Part shown: positions 28,769 through 39,800 of the stretch, one piece after another
Numbering within the stretch: position 1 is the first letter of the stretch
Layout of the letters: each line of letters starts with the position of its first letter
NCBI GenBank assembly: GCA_945883815.1
Contig: CAMCYJ010000002.1
Span: forward strand, 11,684 to 75,683
DNA: 64,000 bases
DNA from: Akkermansia muciniphila
GTDB lineage: Bacteria; Verrucomicrobiota; Verrucomicrobiia; Limisphaerales; UBA9464
Direction of reading: 5' to 3'
Notes under the pieces: generated by a model
The model's database searches: none
Seen by the model: the letters and a program-made list of their open reading frames with translations, nothing else
What the model was told of the DNA's origin: nothing
Translations under genes and position numbers: made by a program

Positions 28769-31348
28769 TCAACTCAAGATCCGGACGCGCTCGGGATCGA
28801 CCGGTGCTCGCAGGGTCATTCGGGCGGATCGCCGAACGCCGTCCTGGAGGATTTCGTACCGGCCGGCTTGCAGCCATTCGGTGTCCACGCCGATCCCGGC
28901 TTCCTCAGGCGGCCGCTTGATGTAGGCCATGGCCACCGGCGCGGAGAGCGTCGGCGAATAGGCGGCACTCGACGTGTATCCCGCCAATCGCCCGTCGCGG
29001 AACACCGGTTCGTTGCCCCACAAAGTCACGGTCGGGTCGGCACACTCCATCACCAGCGAAACCAGTCGCTTGCGCAACGGACGCCCCTTCAGCCCCAGCA
29101 ATGCGGGTTTGGCCAAAAAGTCCCGGTCCCAGTCGACCGCGAAGGACAACCCGGCTTCAAAGGGGTTTTCATCGACCGAAAGTTCATGCCCCCAGGCGCG
29201 GTAGGCCTTCTCGATGCGCATGGCGTTGATGGCGTAGGTGCCGGCCGGGCCGATGCCCTCCGGCTTTCCCGCCTCCGCGAGCGCGGTCCAAACCGCGGCC
29301 ATGGATGCAGCAGGGCCATGCAATTCCCATCCCAGTTCACCGACGTACGTCACCCGGAGCGCCCGCACAGAGGTCGGCACGCCGGCGATGCTAATTTCCG
29401 CGCTGTGGCCGAAAGGAAACGCCGCGGCCGACAAGTCGGTCTCGGTCACCCGCTGGAGGACGGCCCGCGCCTGGGGCCCCATGATGGACACCACACCAAA
29501 GGCTTCGGTCACATCCGTGAGCCGGAGATCGGCCGATTCCGGCAGGTTTCGGAGGATCCAATCGGCGTCATGGCGCACCTGCTGGGTCGGAGCGATGACG
29601 TAGAAGTGGTCGTCGGCCAGACGCACGATCGTCACGTCGCTCTCGTAGGTGCCGCGGGCGTTGAGCAAGCCGGTGTACACGATGCGGCCGACGGGGACAT
29701 CGAGGCGATTGCCACAAAGCCGGTCGAGGCCGGCCAGCGCATCCCGGCCGGTGATCTCGTATTTGGCAAAGGTGGACTGATCAAACAACGCAACCTGCTC
29801 GCGGCAACGTCGCACCTCGGCCGCCACGTGTGGGGCCCAGTTCTGTTTGCTAAAAGAGTACCGGAGTTCGGCCGGCGTGCCGGTGGGGGCATACCACAAT
29901 GGGCGTTCCCAGCCTGCCGTCTGCCCGAAGCAAGCTCCCGCGGCGCGGGTGAGCGCGTGCACCGGTGTGGCGCGGACATCCCGCGAAGTCTCCATCTCGC
30001 GATTGGGCCAAGCCATTTGGTAGTGCAAGCCCAGCACCTCCGCGGCACGGGCTTGCAAATAACCCCGTCCATTTTGCGCCGGCACAAAGCGACGGACGTC
30101 CACGCTCCAAAGGTCCATGGGCATCTCGCCCGATTCCAACCAGGGCACGGCGAACTTGCCGACACCGCCCGCACTGGCGATGCCCACCGAGTTGAACCCG
30201 GCCAACACGAACAAGCCCTCGGTCCCGGCCGGAGTGCCCATCAGGAAATTGTTGTCCGGGGTAAAACTCTCCGGACCGTTGACGAACTTCGGAAACTTCG
30301 CCGTGCGCAGCGCCGGGATGCGGTGCTTTCCGGCCGCCCACGGCTCGGCGAACTTCTCCCAGTCGTCGGGCAACAAACCAAAAGCGAAGTCGCCGGGAAC
30401 GGTGTCGCCTATTTGCCACGGCTTCGATCGCCACTGGAAGGCACCGAGCTTGATCGATCCATCATCGAGCGTGCGGAAATAAATCGCCGCATCTGGATCG
30501 CGGGCGCACGGCAAGGTCGGCAGCGCTCCCTCGATGGGTTCGCTCAAAACGTAATGATGCTCGACAGGGTAAAGCGGCAAATCCACGCCGATGCCCAATC
30601 CGAGCTGGCGGGCCCACATGCCGCAGGCAAGCACGACCCAGTCGGCGCGAATTTCCTGACCGCTCTCCAATCGCACCCCGGTGACCCGCTGGCGTCCGTG
30701 CGGAGCCGTGGTTTGCAGCAGCGAGGCGACGCGCGTGCGATCGAAGAGGGCTGCTCCGTGGGCCATCGCACCCTTGGCCAAAGCCACCGCGCATTCGCCC
30801 GGAATCACCCGCCCATCTCCCGGCAAATACACCGCCCCCAACACGTCCTCGACCTGGATGAGCGGCCAGAGATCTTGAGCTTCTTTGGGGCCCACCAAAT
30901 GGGCCTCGACGCCAAAGACCTCCGCCATCGCGGCGGTTCGGCGCAGCTGGGTCATGCGCTCCGGGTTGGTCCCGAGCGTCAGTCCGGTGGTGCGGACCCA
31001 GCCCACGTCATGCCCCGTCTCCTCGGCGAGCTTGGGATACAGCTGGGCCGAGTACTTGTTGATTTGGGTCATGCTGTTGCTGGCGCGCAACTGACCGATC
31101 ATGCCCGCCGCATGCCAGGTGGTTCCGCCGCTGATGAGTCCCTGCTCGAGCAGCACGACATCCTTCCAGCCCGCCTTGGCCAGATGATAGGCCACCGAAC
31201 TGCCCACGATGCCTCCACCGACAATGACCACGCGGGCCGTAGAAGGAGGAACCGCTGGAGGCAGTGAGAAGGTGGAGCGAACCGGTGTATTGCCGACGTG
31301 GGTGGTCGTCACAGGTGCCAACCCTGAATACAGAGCGGAGGCGCTCAA
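28769..31348 (-). CDS. dimethylglycine/sarcosine dehydrogenase-family protein (FAD DAO domain + aminomethyltransferase GcvT domain)
   Basis: FAD dinucleotide fold [21 protein letters not shown], then [13 protein letters not shown], and a C-terminal GcvT-like folate-binding domain ([13 protein letters not shown]...). 859 aa, as in DMGDH/SarDH fusions. Confidence 0.85.
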   Translation of the reverse strand: MSASALYSGLAPVTTTHVGNTPVRSTFSLPPAVPPSTARVVIVGGGIVGSSVAYHLAKAGWKDVVLLEQGLISGGTTWHAAGMIGQLRASNSMTQINKYSAQLYPKLAEETGHDVGWVRTTGLTLGTNPERMTQLRRTAAMAEVFGVEAHLVGPKEAQDLWPLIQVEDVLGAVYLPGDGRVIPGECAVALAKGAMAHGAALFDRTRVASLLQTTAPHGRQRVTGVRLESGQEIRADWVVLACGMWARQLGLGIGVDLPLYPVEHHYVLSEPIEGALPTLPCARDPDAAIYFRTLDDGSIKLGAFQWRSKPWQIGDTVPGDFAFGLLPDDWEKFAEPWAAGKHRIPALRTAKFPKFVNGPESFTPDNNFLMGTPAGTEGLFVLAGFNSVGIASAGGVGKFAVPWLESGEMPMDLWSVDVRRFVPAQNGRGYLQARAAEVLGLHYQMAWPNREMETSRDVRATPVHALTRAAGACFGQTAGWERPLWYAPTGTPAELRYSFSKQNWAPHVAAEVRRCREQVALFDQSTFAKYEITGRDALAGLDRLCGNRLDVPVGRIVYTGLLNARGTYESDVTIVRLADDHFYVIAPTQQVRHDADWILRNLPESADLRLTDVTEAFGVVSIMGPQARAVLQRVTETDLSAAAFPFGHSAEISIAGVPTSVRALRVTYVGELGWELHGPAASMAAVWTALAEAGKPEGIGPAGTYAINAMRIEKAYRAWGHELSVDENPFEAGLSFAVDWDRDFLAKPALLGLKGRPLRKRLVSLVMECADPTVTLWGNEPVFRDGRLAGYTSSAAYSPTLSAPVAMAYIKRPPEEAGIGVDTEWLQAGRYEILQDGVRRSARMTLRAPVDPERVRILS

Positions 31349-31457
31349 TCCTGAAATTCATCCCACCCCAAGAGTACCCCCGTCACAGCCGATTTTCGTG
31401 GAATCCGATGCGGCGATCGCTAGCGTGATGTCCGATACCCCAAGAAATTGCAGGAAC

Positions 31458-32195
31458 ATGAAGACAACCCATCCCTACTTTGTCGACGTCTCCGGCAGAC
31501 GAGCCTTCACCCTCATCGAGTTGCTGGTGGTGATCGCCATCATCGCCATCTTGGCCGGGATGCTCCTGCCAGCCCTGGCAACTGCCAAGCAGAAGGCCCA
31601 CACGGTCAAGTGCATGAGCAACCAGAGCCAGATCGGCAAGGCGTTCTTCATGTACACCGATGACAATCGGGACTTCTACCCGGCCATCAACGACTGGGCT
31701 TCGACCGGCGGCAAAAACGGCACTTACGACGTCTTCACCGCGGCGACCAACCGACCCCTGAACATCTACGTGGGCAATTCCTTCGAGGCCTTCCGCTGCC
31801 CCTCGGACAAGGGAGACTTTTGGTCGCTGGCCGCACGCGGGGTCAACTGCACCAACGCCTTCATGCAGTACGGCAACAGCTACCTGACCGAGTTCGGCTT
31901 CGACTACTACAAGGTCAAGATGGTTTGCGCACCCAAGGGCAACACCACCATCGTCCCGATCAAGGGCTCAGAAGTCGCCCGTGCTCCCTCCACCAAGATC
32001 ATCCAAGGCGACTGGATTTGGCACGCCAATCGGGATGTCCTCAAGCCGCGCAGCCAGTGGCACAATTACAAGGGCAAGAACCGCATGATGATGCTCTTTG
32101 GCGATTCACACGCCGAATTCTTCAAGTTCCTGCCCACCGCCCAGATGGAGGCACTGGCCAATCAGGCACCGGATCCCGGCTTTCTTTGGTGGTGA
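31458..32195 (+). CDS. prepilin-type N-terminal cleavage/methylation domain protein (type II secretion/pseudopilin-like, PVC-expanded family)
   Basis: [27 protein letters not shown] is the class III signal/methylation motif. The C-terminus [15 protein letters not shown] is typical of the PVC family. The start could also be the ATG at 31428. The track start (31209) overlaps the divergent gene. Confidence 0.8.
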   Translation: MKTTHPYFVDVSGRRAFTLIELLVVIAIIAILAGMLLPALATAKQKAHTVKCMSNQSQIGKAFFMYTDDNRDFYPAINDWASTGGKNGTYDVFTAATNRPLNIYVGNSFEAFRCPSDKGDFWSLAARGVNCTNAFMQYGNSYLTEFGFDYYKVKMVCAPKGNTTIVPIKGSEVARAPSTKIIQGDWIWHANRDVLKPRSQWHNYKGKNRMMMLFGDSHAEFFKFLPTAQMEALANQAPDPGFLWW

Positions 32196-32407
32196 TGGGC
32201 AAGGCGTGGGCCCAGAGGCATCCAAGTTGGTTTGAAGCGTTTACCGCTCGGAGAGTGGCACTCGGGCAGTGGAGGTTTTGGATCCGATTTTTAGCTCAGT
32301 GAGGGCATCGCCGTGCCCGAGCAGCTCGTTTGTCGATGAGGGGCTCTTCTCCAGCACAACACCCCTGCATTCATCCCGGCATTTTTCGTGCTGCGGGGCA
32401 AAACTCC

Positions 32408-33610
32408 ATGAGAAACGCCCCCAACTCAGATGATCTCGAAGCCCCTACCCCGCCTTCGGGGCCTGTCTGGCTTTATCGGATGTTTCATGTGCCCACGGCC
32501 ACCAGTTATCAGGTCGTCCACAACATCCTGAATCTGGTGATCTTCGTTGCGGCCATCACCGGTGCGCTCGAAACCGTGGATTCACTGCATGATCACTTCC
32601 ACAACTGGTTCGCCACCTGCGAGACGGTCATCACGGCCATCTTCACCTTGGAGTACATCGGTCACGTCCTGACGGCCCGTCGCAAACGGGATTATATTTT
32701 CAGCTTTTGGGGACTGATCGATCTGTTGGCAATCCTGCCCACCTACTTGCAACTGGCCAATATCACCGCCCTGAAGTCCACACGGGTGCTTCGAGTTTTG
32801 CGGGTTTTGCGGGTCCTCCGGGTGCTGAAACTGGCCCGCGAGGCCGTCACGCAACTCAAGACGGACAAGGCGGGCAAGCCCCGCAGCCCCATGGTGACCA
32901 ACTTGGTGATCTATTTTCTGGCCCTCTTCTCCGTGATCATCATCTCCAGCACGCTGATTTATCACGCGGAGTACACCCACGGTGAATTGGACACCGTCCA
33001 ACGAACCGGGCCCAACTCACTCCGGTTCTCTGCCAAAGACCTTCGCGGAGATCTGACCGGTGGCAAGGTGATCATCAGTGGCGAATCCGGCTTCGACGGC
33101 ACTTGGGATGTGAAACTTTGGGATCCGGCGAAGCGCATTTTCGAAGTGGCGATCCCGGACGCGGAACTCATCGGAAAGATTCCCGAGACAGCCATCCCGA
33201 TCCACAACAACTCCAACCCTCAGGAGAAAATCCGCTGGGGCAAGGAGACCACCGTGAACGGAGGACTCTCGAGCTTCAATTCGGTACCCCAATCCATGTG
33301 GTGGTGCGTGGTGACGCTCACCACGGTCGGCTACGGTGACATCTACCCCGTCACTTTGGCAGGCCGATTGATCGCAGTCGTCACCATGTTCTGCGGGTTG
33401 GTGCTCTTCGGCATGCTGATGAACATCGTCGGCAAGACCATGATGGTGGCCCTCTTTGGCACCGAGTCGGTAGAAGACGATGCCTCGAACCGTCCCCATT
33501 CGAACAAAACCGAAGTGGGTCCTGGCATGGCTTGGGATTCCAACTGGCGACACTGCCCCACCTGTGGGCGGGCGACAACTCCTGGGGATTCCTCCGAGCA
33601 TACGCATTGA
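32408..33610 (+). CDS. voltage-gated-type (6-TM) potassium channel with extended S5-pore turret
   Basis: S4 is RVLRVLRVLRVLRVLKLAR, with five Arg at every third position. The selectivity filter is TLTTVGYGD. Six hydrophobic segments are present. Start is uncertain (32330 TTG, 32336 ATG or 32408 ATG). Confidence 0.85.
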   Translation: MRNAPNSDDLEAPTPPSGPVWLYRMFHVPTATSYQVVHNILNLVIFVAAITGALETVDSLHDHFHNWFATCETVITAIFTLEYIGHVLTARRKRDYIFSFWGLIDLLAILPTYLQLANITALKSTRVLRVLRVLRVLRVLKLAREAVTQLKTDKAGKPRSPMVTNLVIYFLALFSVIIISSTLIYHAEYTHGELDTVQRTGPNSLRFSAKDLRGDLTGGKVIISGESGFDGTWDVKLWDPAKRIFEVAIPDAELIGKIPETAIPIHNNSNPQEKIRWGKETTVNGGLSSFNSVPQSMWWCVVTLTTVGYGDIYPVTLAGRLIAVVTMFCGLVLFGMLMNIVGKTMMVALFGTESVEDDASNRPHSNKTEVGPGMAWDSNWRHCPTCGRATTPGDSSEHTH

Positions 33611-33787
33611 TCGCCCGGCTTTGGCCGGAGCGATGCAATTGGCAGACCCGGGATGGCGTGGCGGATTCTTGAGCAAGACAAGGCGAGAGCGAAGATCGAG
33701 CCGCTTGAAGGCCTGCAACAAGCGATCAATGGTTCCATTGCTGAATAAGACCCAGCCAGCACGACCAATCCAATTGCATCGTTCCGC

Positions 33788-35497
33788 TCACTTCTTGTCA
33801 CCCGGCACGGACGGGGCGCGCAGCACTGTCAGCCACAGGCGTGAGATCGACTCCACCACCAGACGACGAAACCCCTGAGGAACGCCATTGTTCTCCCCGG
33901 CACTGACCAGAGGGAACCGCGCTTCCTGGACGGTGGCCGGGTTCGAGCTCGACACTTCGATGGAAACGGGGCCTGAAAACGGAGCGGCATTGGTTGCAGC
34001 GATCCAGCGAAGGGTCGCTGCGTTCGCCTTTTCGGAGACCTCCACGGAATCGACCCGAACCCCCGACGGCAGCCCGCGCACCGAGACGGTCAAGCGCTGG
34101 TCCGCACCGTAACGGCGGGTCAGCGTCACCTTCGATTCGTTGGTTTTTCCGGGCTCCAATGACCAGGCGGCCTCGGCCATCGAAGCGCTCCACAAGGGCT
34201 TCGGACGTTGGATCGACAGCCGGTAGCGCTGGTCCCGACCGCCCCGCTGCAGCAGGTTGCCCACCACCACGCGGTACTCGGCGGTCTCGGGCGAAGTCCA
34301 ATCAAGCACCGGATCCGAGCCGCCGGTGTCATCGTTGCGGGCCAACTCCTTCCCGGAGGCATCCTCGATCCGGAGCCAGGCATCGAGGGGAAATCCCAAC
34401 CCCGCAGCCTGGACCTCCAACCGCAGTGGTTCTCCCTTTTGGCACGAAAGCCGGTAGCGATCTTCGTCGCCCGGACGGTCGAGGTCGCCGGAAACGGCCG
34501 AGGGAATCCCGAGCGCCTGCGCCGTGGTTGCTGCGTCATTGGGCTCACTTTCCACCCACTCCTTCCCTTCGCCCACCGACAACTCCAAGGGCACCTCCCG
34601 ATGCGGAATTCGAAGGGAGTGGGAAATGGCTCCGGGGGCAATGGCCGAAGCGAGCACCTCAATGGCCTCAGAAGAAACGGAGGATACCCCCCAATCGCCC
34701 CAGCTCACGCGGGTATCGACAGCACGACTGACGCCCAGTGGCCACGCATGCCGGGCCACGGCATCGGTGGAGACATGAAGTCGATACACTCCCTTGGGAC
34801 TCCCGCTGAAGCGCAAATCCGAATCGGCCGGATAGGCAAACCCAAATACCTGGAGCACGTAGGTTCCGCTGGTTTCCACACGCCAGGCCAAAATCGGGTC
34901 CAGTGAGCGCACCTCATCATGGTTCCACGCCACCTGCACACCCCGGACATCCAGCAGTTTGAGCACTGGATCCAAAGGCGATTGGAGCGTGTAGGCCTCC
35001 AGTCGGGCCACGAGGGTCTGACCGGCGCGGAGGTCCACCGCATAGCTGTCCACGTCGCCGTTCTTCTCGAGACGCCCGTTCACCTCGGCCGGGAGGCCGG
35101 CCAACACCTGGGCCGAGGGCACCGCATCGTTGGGCTCCACCTCGGCCTGCTGCAGCCGCTGCGAAAGGATCAGAAAACGGGGTTCACTCACCCCTTCCGG
35201 TGAAAAGGCTCGGATCACCCGGGGACCCGCTGGGGCTTCCGGGGCGACACGAACACGGATGACACCGCTGTTGGTGGTGGGTTCCCAGGACACCCCGGGA
35301 ATATCCAGATCAAGCCGGGTGGGCCAGGGATCGAATTTGCCCACCAAAGTGACCAACTGGATGGTCCCGATTTGGATCGCCGCGGGAAACACATGATCCA
35401 AGACCGGCACTGCAGCCTGAAGCACGCCGAGGGCCATCAAAAACACCAGCCCACACAGCGCCCAGGAGCGACTCCTGATCATCCCGAAGAACCTCAC
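33788..35497 (-). CDS. secreted protein with two pre-peptidase C-terminal (PPC)-type domains
   Basis: Signal MIRSRSWALCGLVFLMALGVLQA. Two PPC-like motifs: EPNDAVPSAQVLAGLPAEVNGRLEKNGDVDSYAVDLRAGQTL and EPNDAATTAQALGIPSAVSGDLDRPGDEDRYRLSCQKGEPL. The GTG start at 35497 overlaps the upstream stop (GTGA); an alternative ATG lies at 35482. Confidence 0.65.
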   Translation of the reverse strand: MRFFGMIRSRSWALCGLVFLMALGVLQAAVPVLDHVFPAAIQIGTIQLVTLVGKFDPWPTRLDLDIPGVSWEPTTNSGVIRVRVAPEAPAGPRVIRAFSPEGVSEPRFLILSQRLQQAEVEPNDAVPSAQVLAGLPAEVNGRLEKNGDVDSYAVDLRAGQTLVARLEAYTLQSPLDPVLKLLDVRGVQVAWNHDEVRSLDPILAWRVETSGTYVLQVFGFAYPADSDLRFSGSPKGVYRLHVSTDAVARHAWPLGVSRAVDTRVSWGDWGVSSVSSEAIEVLASAIAPGAISHSLRIPHREVPLELSVGEGKEWVESEPNDAATTAQALGIPSAVSGDLDRPGDEDRYRLSCQKGEPLRLEVQAAGLGFPLDAWLRIEDASGKELARNDDTGGSDPVLDWTSPETAEYRVVVGNLLQRGGRDQRYRLSIQRPKPLWSASMAEAAWSLEPGKTNESKVTLTRRYGADQRLTVSVRGLPSGVRVDSVEVSEKANAATLRWIAATNAAPFSGPVSIEVSSSNPATVQEARFPLVSAGENNGVPQGFRRLVVESISRLWLTVLRAPSVPGDKK

Positions 35498-36867
35498 GCG
35501 GTGAAGATTTCACGGATGCGGCGCCCATTGTTCACCAACTGCACCGGCCGGCCTGTGTTGGTGTGGAGCACCTGGTTGGGATCAATGCCCATCTTCCAGT
35601 AGAGGGAGGCGGCGAAGTCTTCCGGACGATACACCGCCTCGGAGGCAGCGTAGCCTTTGGCATCGGTCGCACCGACCACCGCGCCCCGAGGGCAACCACC
35701 CCCGGCCATGAGAATGGACATTGCATGGGGCCAATGGTCGCGACCGGCATCCTTGTTCACTTTGGGCGTGCGACCGAACTCGCCCAGCAACACCACCAGC
35801 GTGGAATCGAGCAAGCCTCGCTGGTCGAGATCGCGGATGAGCGCGGCGACCCCGCGGTCCATGTTGCGGACCGAATCGCCCTTGTACGCCTCGAAGAGCT
35901 TGGTGTGGTGATCCCACCCGCCAGAATTGACGGTGACCCACGACACCCCGACTTCCACCAACCGACGAGCCATCAGGAGTCGCTGGCCAAAGTCATTCCG
36001 TCCGTATTCGTCCCGAACCTTCTTGTCCTCTCGGGACAGGTCGAACGCCGCTTGGGCCTGACTCGAGAGCACCAGGTTGACGCTTTGCTGGAGGTACTGA
36101 TCGAAGGTGACCGCCGGATCTTCGGCCAGGCGATCGGCATACCGGGCCATCGAGTCGAGCGCTCCGCGCAATTCACGCCGGCTGGTCGCTCGCCCTTCGC
36201 TGATCTCCGAAGGCAGCACCACGTCGCGCACTTTGAAATCGGCCGAATTAGGCTGGCCATCGATCACGAAGGCCGAGTGCTTGCCACCGAGGAAATTGGG
36301 CCCACCGCTGCGGGTCACTGAGGGCATGGATACGTAGGGAGGCAGTCCCTGGCTCTGCCCGCGCTGCCATGAAACCACCGAACCGAAGGAGGGATGGAAG
36401 GTGACGTGGGCACCGCAGGCCACCGGCACCGGCGTGGGGGCCCCGGTCATCAAGTAGTGGTTCCCACCGCCATGGTTGGGGTCTTTGTGGCAAACGGATC
36501 GGATCACCGTGGCCTTGTCGGCCACCTTGGCCAGTTCTGGAACCGCCTCGCTGAAGCGGATTCCCGGCACGGCCGTGGCGATGTCCTGAAAACTGCCGCG
36601 AATCTCCGAAGGCGCACCCGGCTTCGGGTCAAAGCTCTCGTAATGGGACGGACCACCATCCAACCAGATGAGGATGCAGTTGACCGGTTTCCCGGAGTTC
36701 GACACCCCCGGGGCTCCCGATTTCTTCAGGCCCACTTGCGACGCCAAGGAGGTCCCCGCCTCGAGCCGCAACAAGTCGCCAAACCCGGCGCCCAGCAGGC
36801 CACCGATTCCCAATTGGATAAAATCCCGGCGGGGCATTCCGGCGCAGTTTCCCAGGTTCGGTTTCAT
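35494..36867 (-). CDS. DUF1501 domain protein (Tat signal)
   Basis: MKPNLGNCAGMPRRDFIQLGIGGLLGAG. Family blocks: CILIWLDGGPSHYESFDPKP, GGWDHH, LVVLLGEFGRTP, GRDHWPHAMSILMAGGG. The ATG at 36867 lies 1 nt after the upstream TGA. Confidence 0.85.
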   Translation of the reverse strand: MKPNLGNCAGMPRRDFIQLGIGGLLGAGFGDLLRLEAGTSLASQVGLKKSGAPGVSNSGKPVNCILIWLDGGPSHYESFDPKPGAPSEIRGSFQDIATAVPGIRFSEAVPELAKVADKATVIRSVCHKDPNHGGGNHYLMTGAPTPVPVACGAHVTFHPSFGSVVSWQRGQSQGLPPYVSMPSVTRSGGPNFLGGKHSAFVIDGQPNSADFKVRDVVLPSEISEGRATSRRELRGALDSMARYADRLAEDPAVTFDQYLQQSVNLVLSSQAQAAFDLSREDKKVRDEYGRNDFGQRLLMARRLVEVGVSWVTVNSGGWDHHTKLFEAYKGDSVRNMDRGVAALIRDLDQRGLLDSTLVVLLGEFGRTPKVNKDAGRDHWPHAMSILMAGGGCPRGAVVGATDAKGYAASEAVYRPEDFAASLYWKMGIDPNQVLHTNTGRPVQLVNNGRRIREIFTA

Positions 36868-36868
36868 T

Positions 36869-39800
36869 TCAATGGTTGAGCACAAATTCAGGGGAGTTCA
36901 GCAGCGCCCAGAAGACATCCTCCACCGCAGTCTGGCGGGTGGCTCCCGGAACCGCAAACGCATGCAAAGCCGCCTGAAGCTCCGGTTCTGCGGGCTGGCG
37001 GTTGAGCAGGAGAAGGTACAGCTCACCGACCAGTTCGGATTGGCTCCGAGTGCTGTCGGCCAATTGACGGACGCGACCTTTCGGATCGCTGAGTTTGCCC
37101 TGCAGGATCTTGGAATTCATCAGGTGCAGGGTTTGCACAACACTCAACTGGGCATCCCGCTCACAGGGGCAATCACTGCTGGGGTTGGGTCGGCCAAAGG
37201 CGTCCATGAAATGGGAGGCGATCTTGTAGCTCCAGGTTTGCATGGCACGACCTCCGGGCGGGACCGCAGAAAAGGTTTCGGGCACCCCGGTAACATCGCT
37301 CACTGCATCCACCAACACCTCGGCCGGCAGTCTCCGACGGTAGGACCTGGAGAACTGGCGGGTGTCGCCCAGATTGGTGGCATTGGGCACAGAACTCAGT
37401 TGGTAGGTGCGCGAAGCGAGGATTGTCCGCAGGAGATGCTTGAGGTCATAGCCATGGGCGGCGAAATCCGCGGCCAAGGCGTCCAGCAAGGCCGGGTTCA
37501 CACACGGATTAGAACTGCGGAAATCATCCACCGGATGGACCAGGCCCCGTCCAAAGAAATGGCCCCAGACCCGGTTCACCGCTGCCTTGGCAAAGAAGGG
37601 GTTCTCCGGAGCGGTCAGCCAATCGGCCAAGTGACGCCGTGGATCCCGCGATTCGGACTTCGGGAGTTCAGGTCCCTCCGGTGGTCGGGGCGTCATCGCC
37701 ACTCCGCTGACCGGGTGCTTCACCTCGCCTCCCGGCGCGAAATAAAAGGTCTCGGTACCTGCGGAGATCGGCGGAGACAAACCCGCCCCCTTCTGCTTCA
37801 CCGGACCGAAGTAAGCGGCCAGTTGATAGAAATCATCCTGGCTCCATTTCTCGTTGGGATGATGGTGGCATTTGGCACATTCCAGCCGGGTGCCCAGGAA
37901 CAACTGGCTGAACTGAGTGGTCAGTTCTGGCGGGTCGCGTCGGTCTCGGTAGACCACAGCCGGACCCGCCCGATGGTTGGAACCCTCCGCCAAGAGGATG
38001 TCGCGGACAAACTGATCATACGGACGGTTGGCCCGGAACTGTTCGCGCAGCCACTGATCCAACAGGAATACGCTCTTCACGCCCACCCGATCGGGATTCG
38101 GACGCAGCAGGTCGGCCCACTGATTGGCCCAATAATCGGCATAGGCCGGGTGGTCGAGGAGGGTTTCGATGAACCGCTGGCGTTTGACGGGAGACGGATC
38201 GGCTACAAAGGCGCGCACCTCCTCGGGTGTGGGCAGAAGACCGAGGGCATCCAGTTTGGCCCGGCGCAGGAATTCCGCATCGGTGCACAGGTCGGAGGGC
38301 ATCAGTCCCAACCGCTGGAACTGCGCCAGGGCGTGTTCATCGATGAAATTGTGGTTGGGAATTGCCTCATAGGCCTTGGGCTTGAGCACCTTGTCGGCCG
38401 GCACCATCAGCGAGGAGGCAGCCACCAACCCCATGTAGCGGGCCACCACCACCCCTTGCCCCGTCAGGCGGCCGATGGAAACCCGACCTGTCTCATCCAC
38501 GCGCGCCAACTCCTTGTCGCTCGAATCGTAGGCGGCCAAACGGGTGACATCCCGAATGCTGCCGTCGGAATAGCGCGCTTCGACCTTCAGTCGCTGCTGC
38601 CCCCCTTTGCGATAGCGTCCCTCAGTCGGGAACACCGCGACCGACTGGAGCACCGGCTCGTTGGTCAACGCATAGGGCATGCCTGCGCGAATCCAGCGGG
38701 TCAGCAATTGGTGGGTCGGGGATCCCGGCTGAAAACGCTGCCCTCCCTCATGCGGCACCCGTGTCAGGGCCTTGAGGAGAATCAGGCTCTCTTCCGGAGC
38801 TGCCGGAAACACCCGCCGGCTGCGGGCATCCCGGACAATTTCGGCGTAGTCGCTCGAGGGATCGTAGGAGAAGACCGACAATTTGAAGCCGCTCTGACCT
38901 TCCGGCTTGGAATGGCAACCGCCGGAGGCGCAACCGGCCTGATTGAGAGCAGGCAGGACATCGCGCACAAAACTCGGCGGGGCCAATTTCACTGACGGGG
39001 ACGGCTCAGACAGCACGGTTGCGACCTTCGCCTCCGGGTTCAACTCGCCCAACAACTTGCCATGGGCATCCCAGACTCGAACCTGCCCTTCGAAGTCTCC
39101 CGCAGCGACCTTTTGCCCATCGGGCGTGACGGCCAAGCAGAACACCGTCGGTTGCAGTTGCGCGACCCGGCGATGCTCGGCCGTTGCCGAACTCTGCTCC
39201 CCGGTGTGGGACTTGAGCTGGGTGTAGCGGTCGATGGTTCCCCGATCAGTGGCCGCCCACACCGAGGCACTGTCTTCAGGCCAAACCACGGCCGTGATCG
39301 CCGCCATCGAATCTCCCAAAGTAACGATCTTCTCCCGCGTGGCGATATCCCAGACCTTGAGTTGACGGTCGGTCCCTCCACTGACCACCTGAGTGGCGTT
39401 GGTATTGAAGGCGGCGGCGATCACCTGGGAACCATGCCCTTCGAGAACGGCCAACGGTTCCCCGCCGGAGGGATCCCACACCTTGACCAGCGCATCGCCC
39501 CCGGCCGAAAGCAACCGGCGGCCGTCACGGCTGAATTCCAGGTCGAAGACGGTGTCCGCATGGGCCTTCCAGGCGCGTCGGATTTGTCCGTCGGCCACAC
39601 TCACCAACCGCACATAACCTGGAAGACCGGAGCCACCGTCTCCGAGGGCCAACTGAGAACCATCGCCCGAGAACTCAAGACTGACGACCCGGCCGGACAG
39701 GCCTTGAGAAACCTCCCGCTCGACCGTGAGAGTGGTCGGATTCCAAAAACGGACTTTCCGAAAGGAACCAGACGCCAAGCTACGACCATCCCGGCTCCAG

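Noticed and set aside
28736-31267. 843-aa plus-strand ORF
   Set aside because: It is antisense to the DMGDH/SarDH-family gene, whose FAD and GcvT motifs are unambiguous. The plus-strand translation is R/G/H/A-rich noise.
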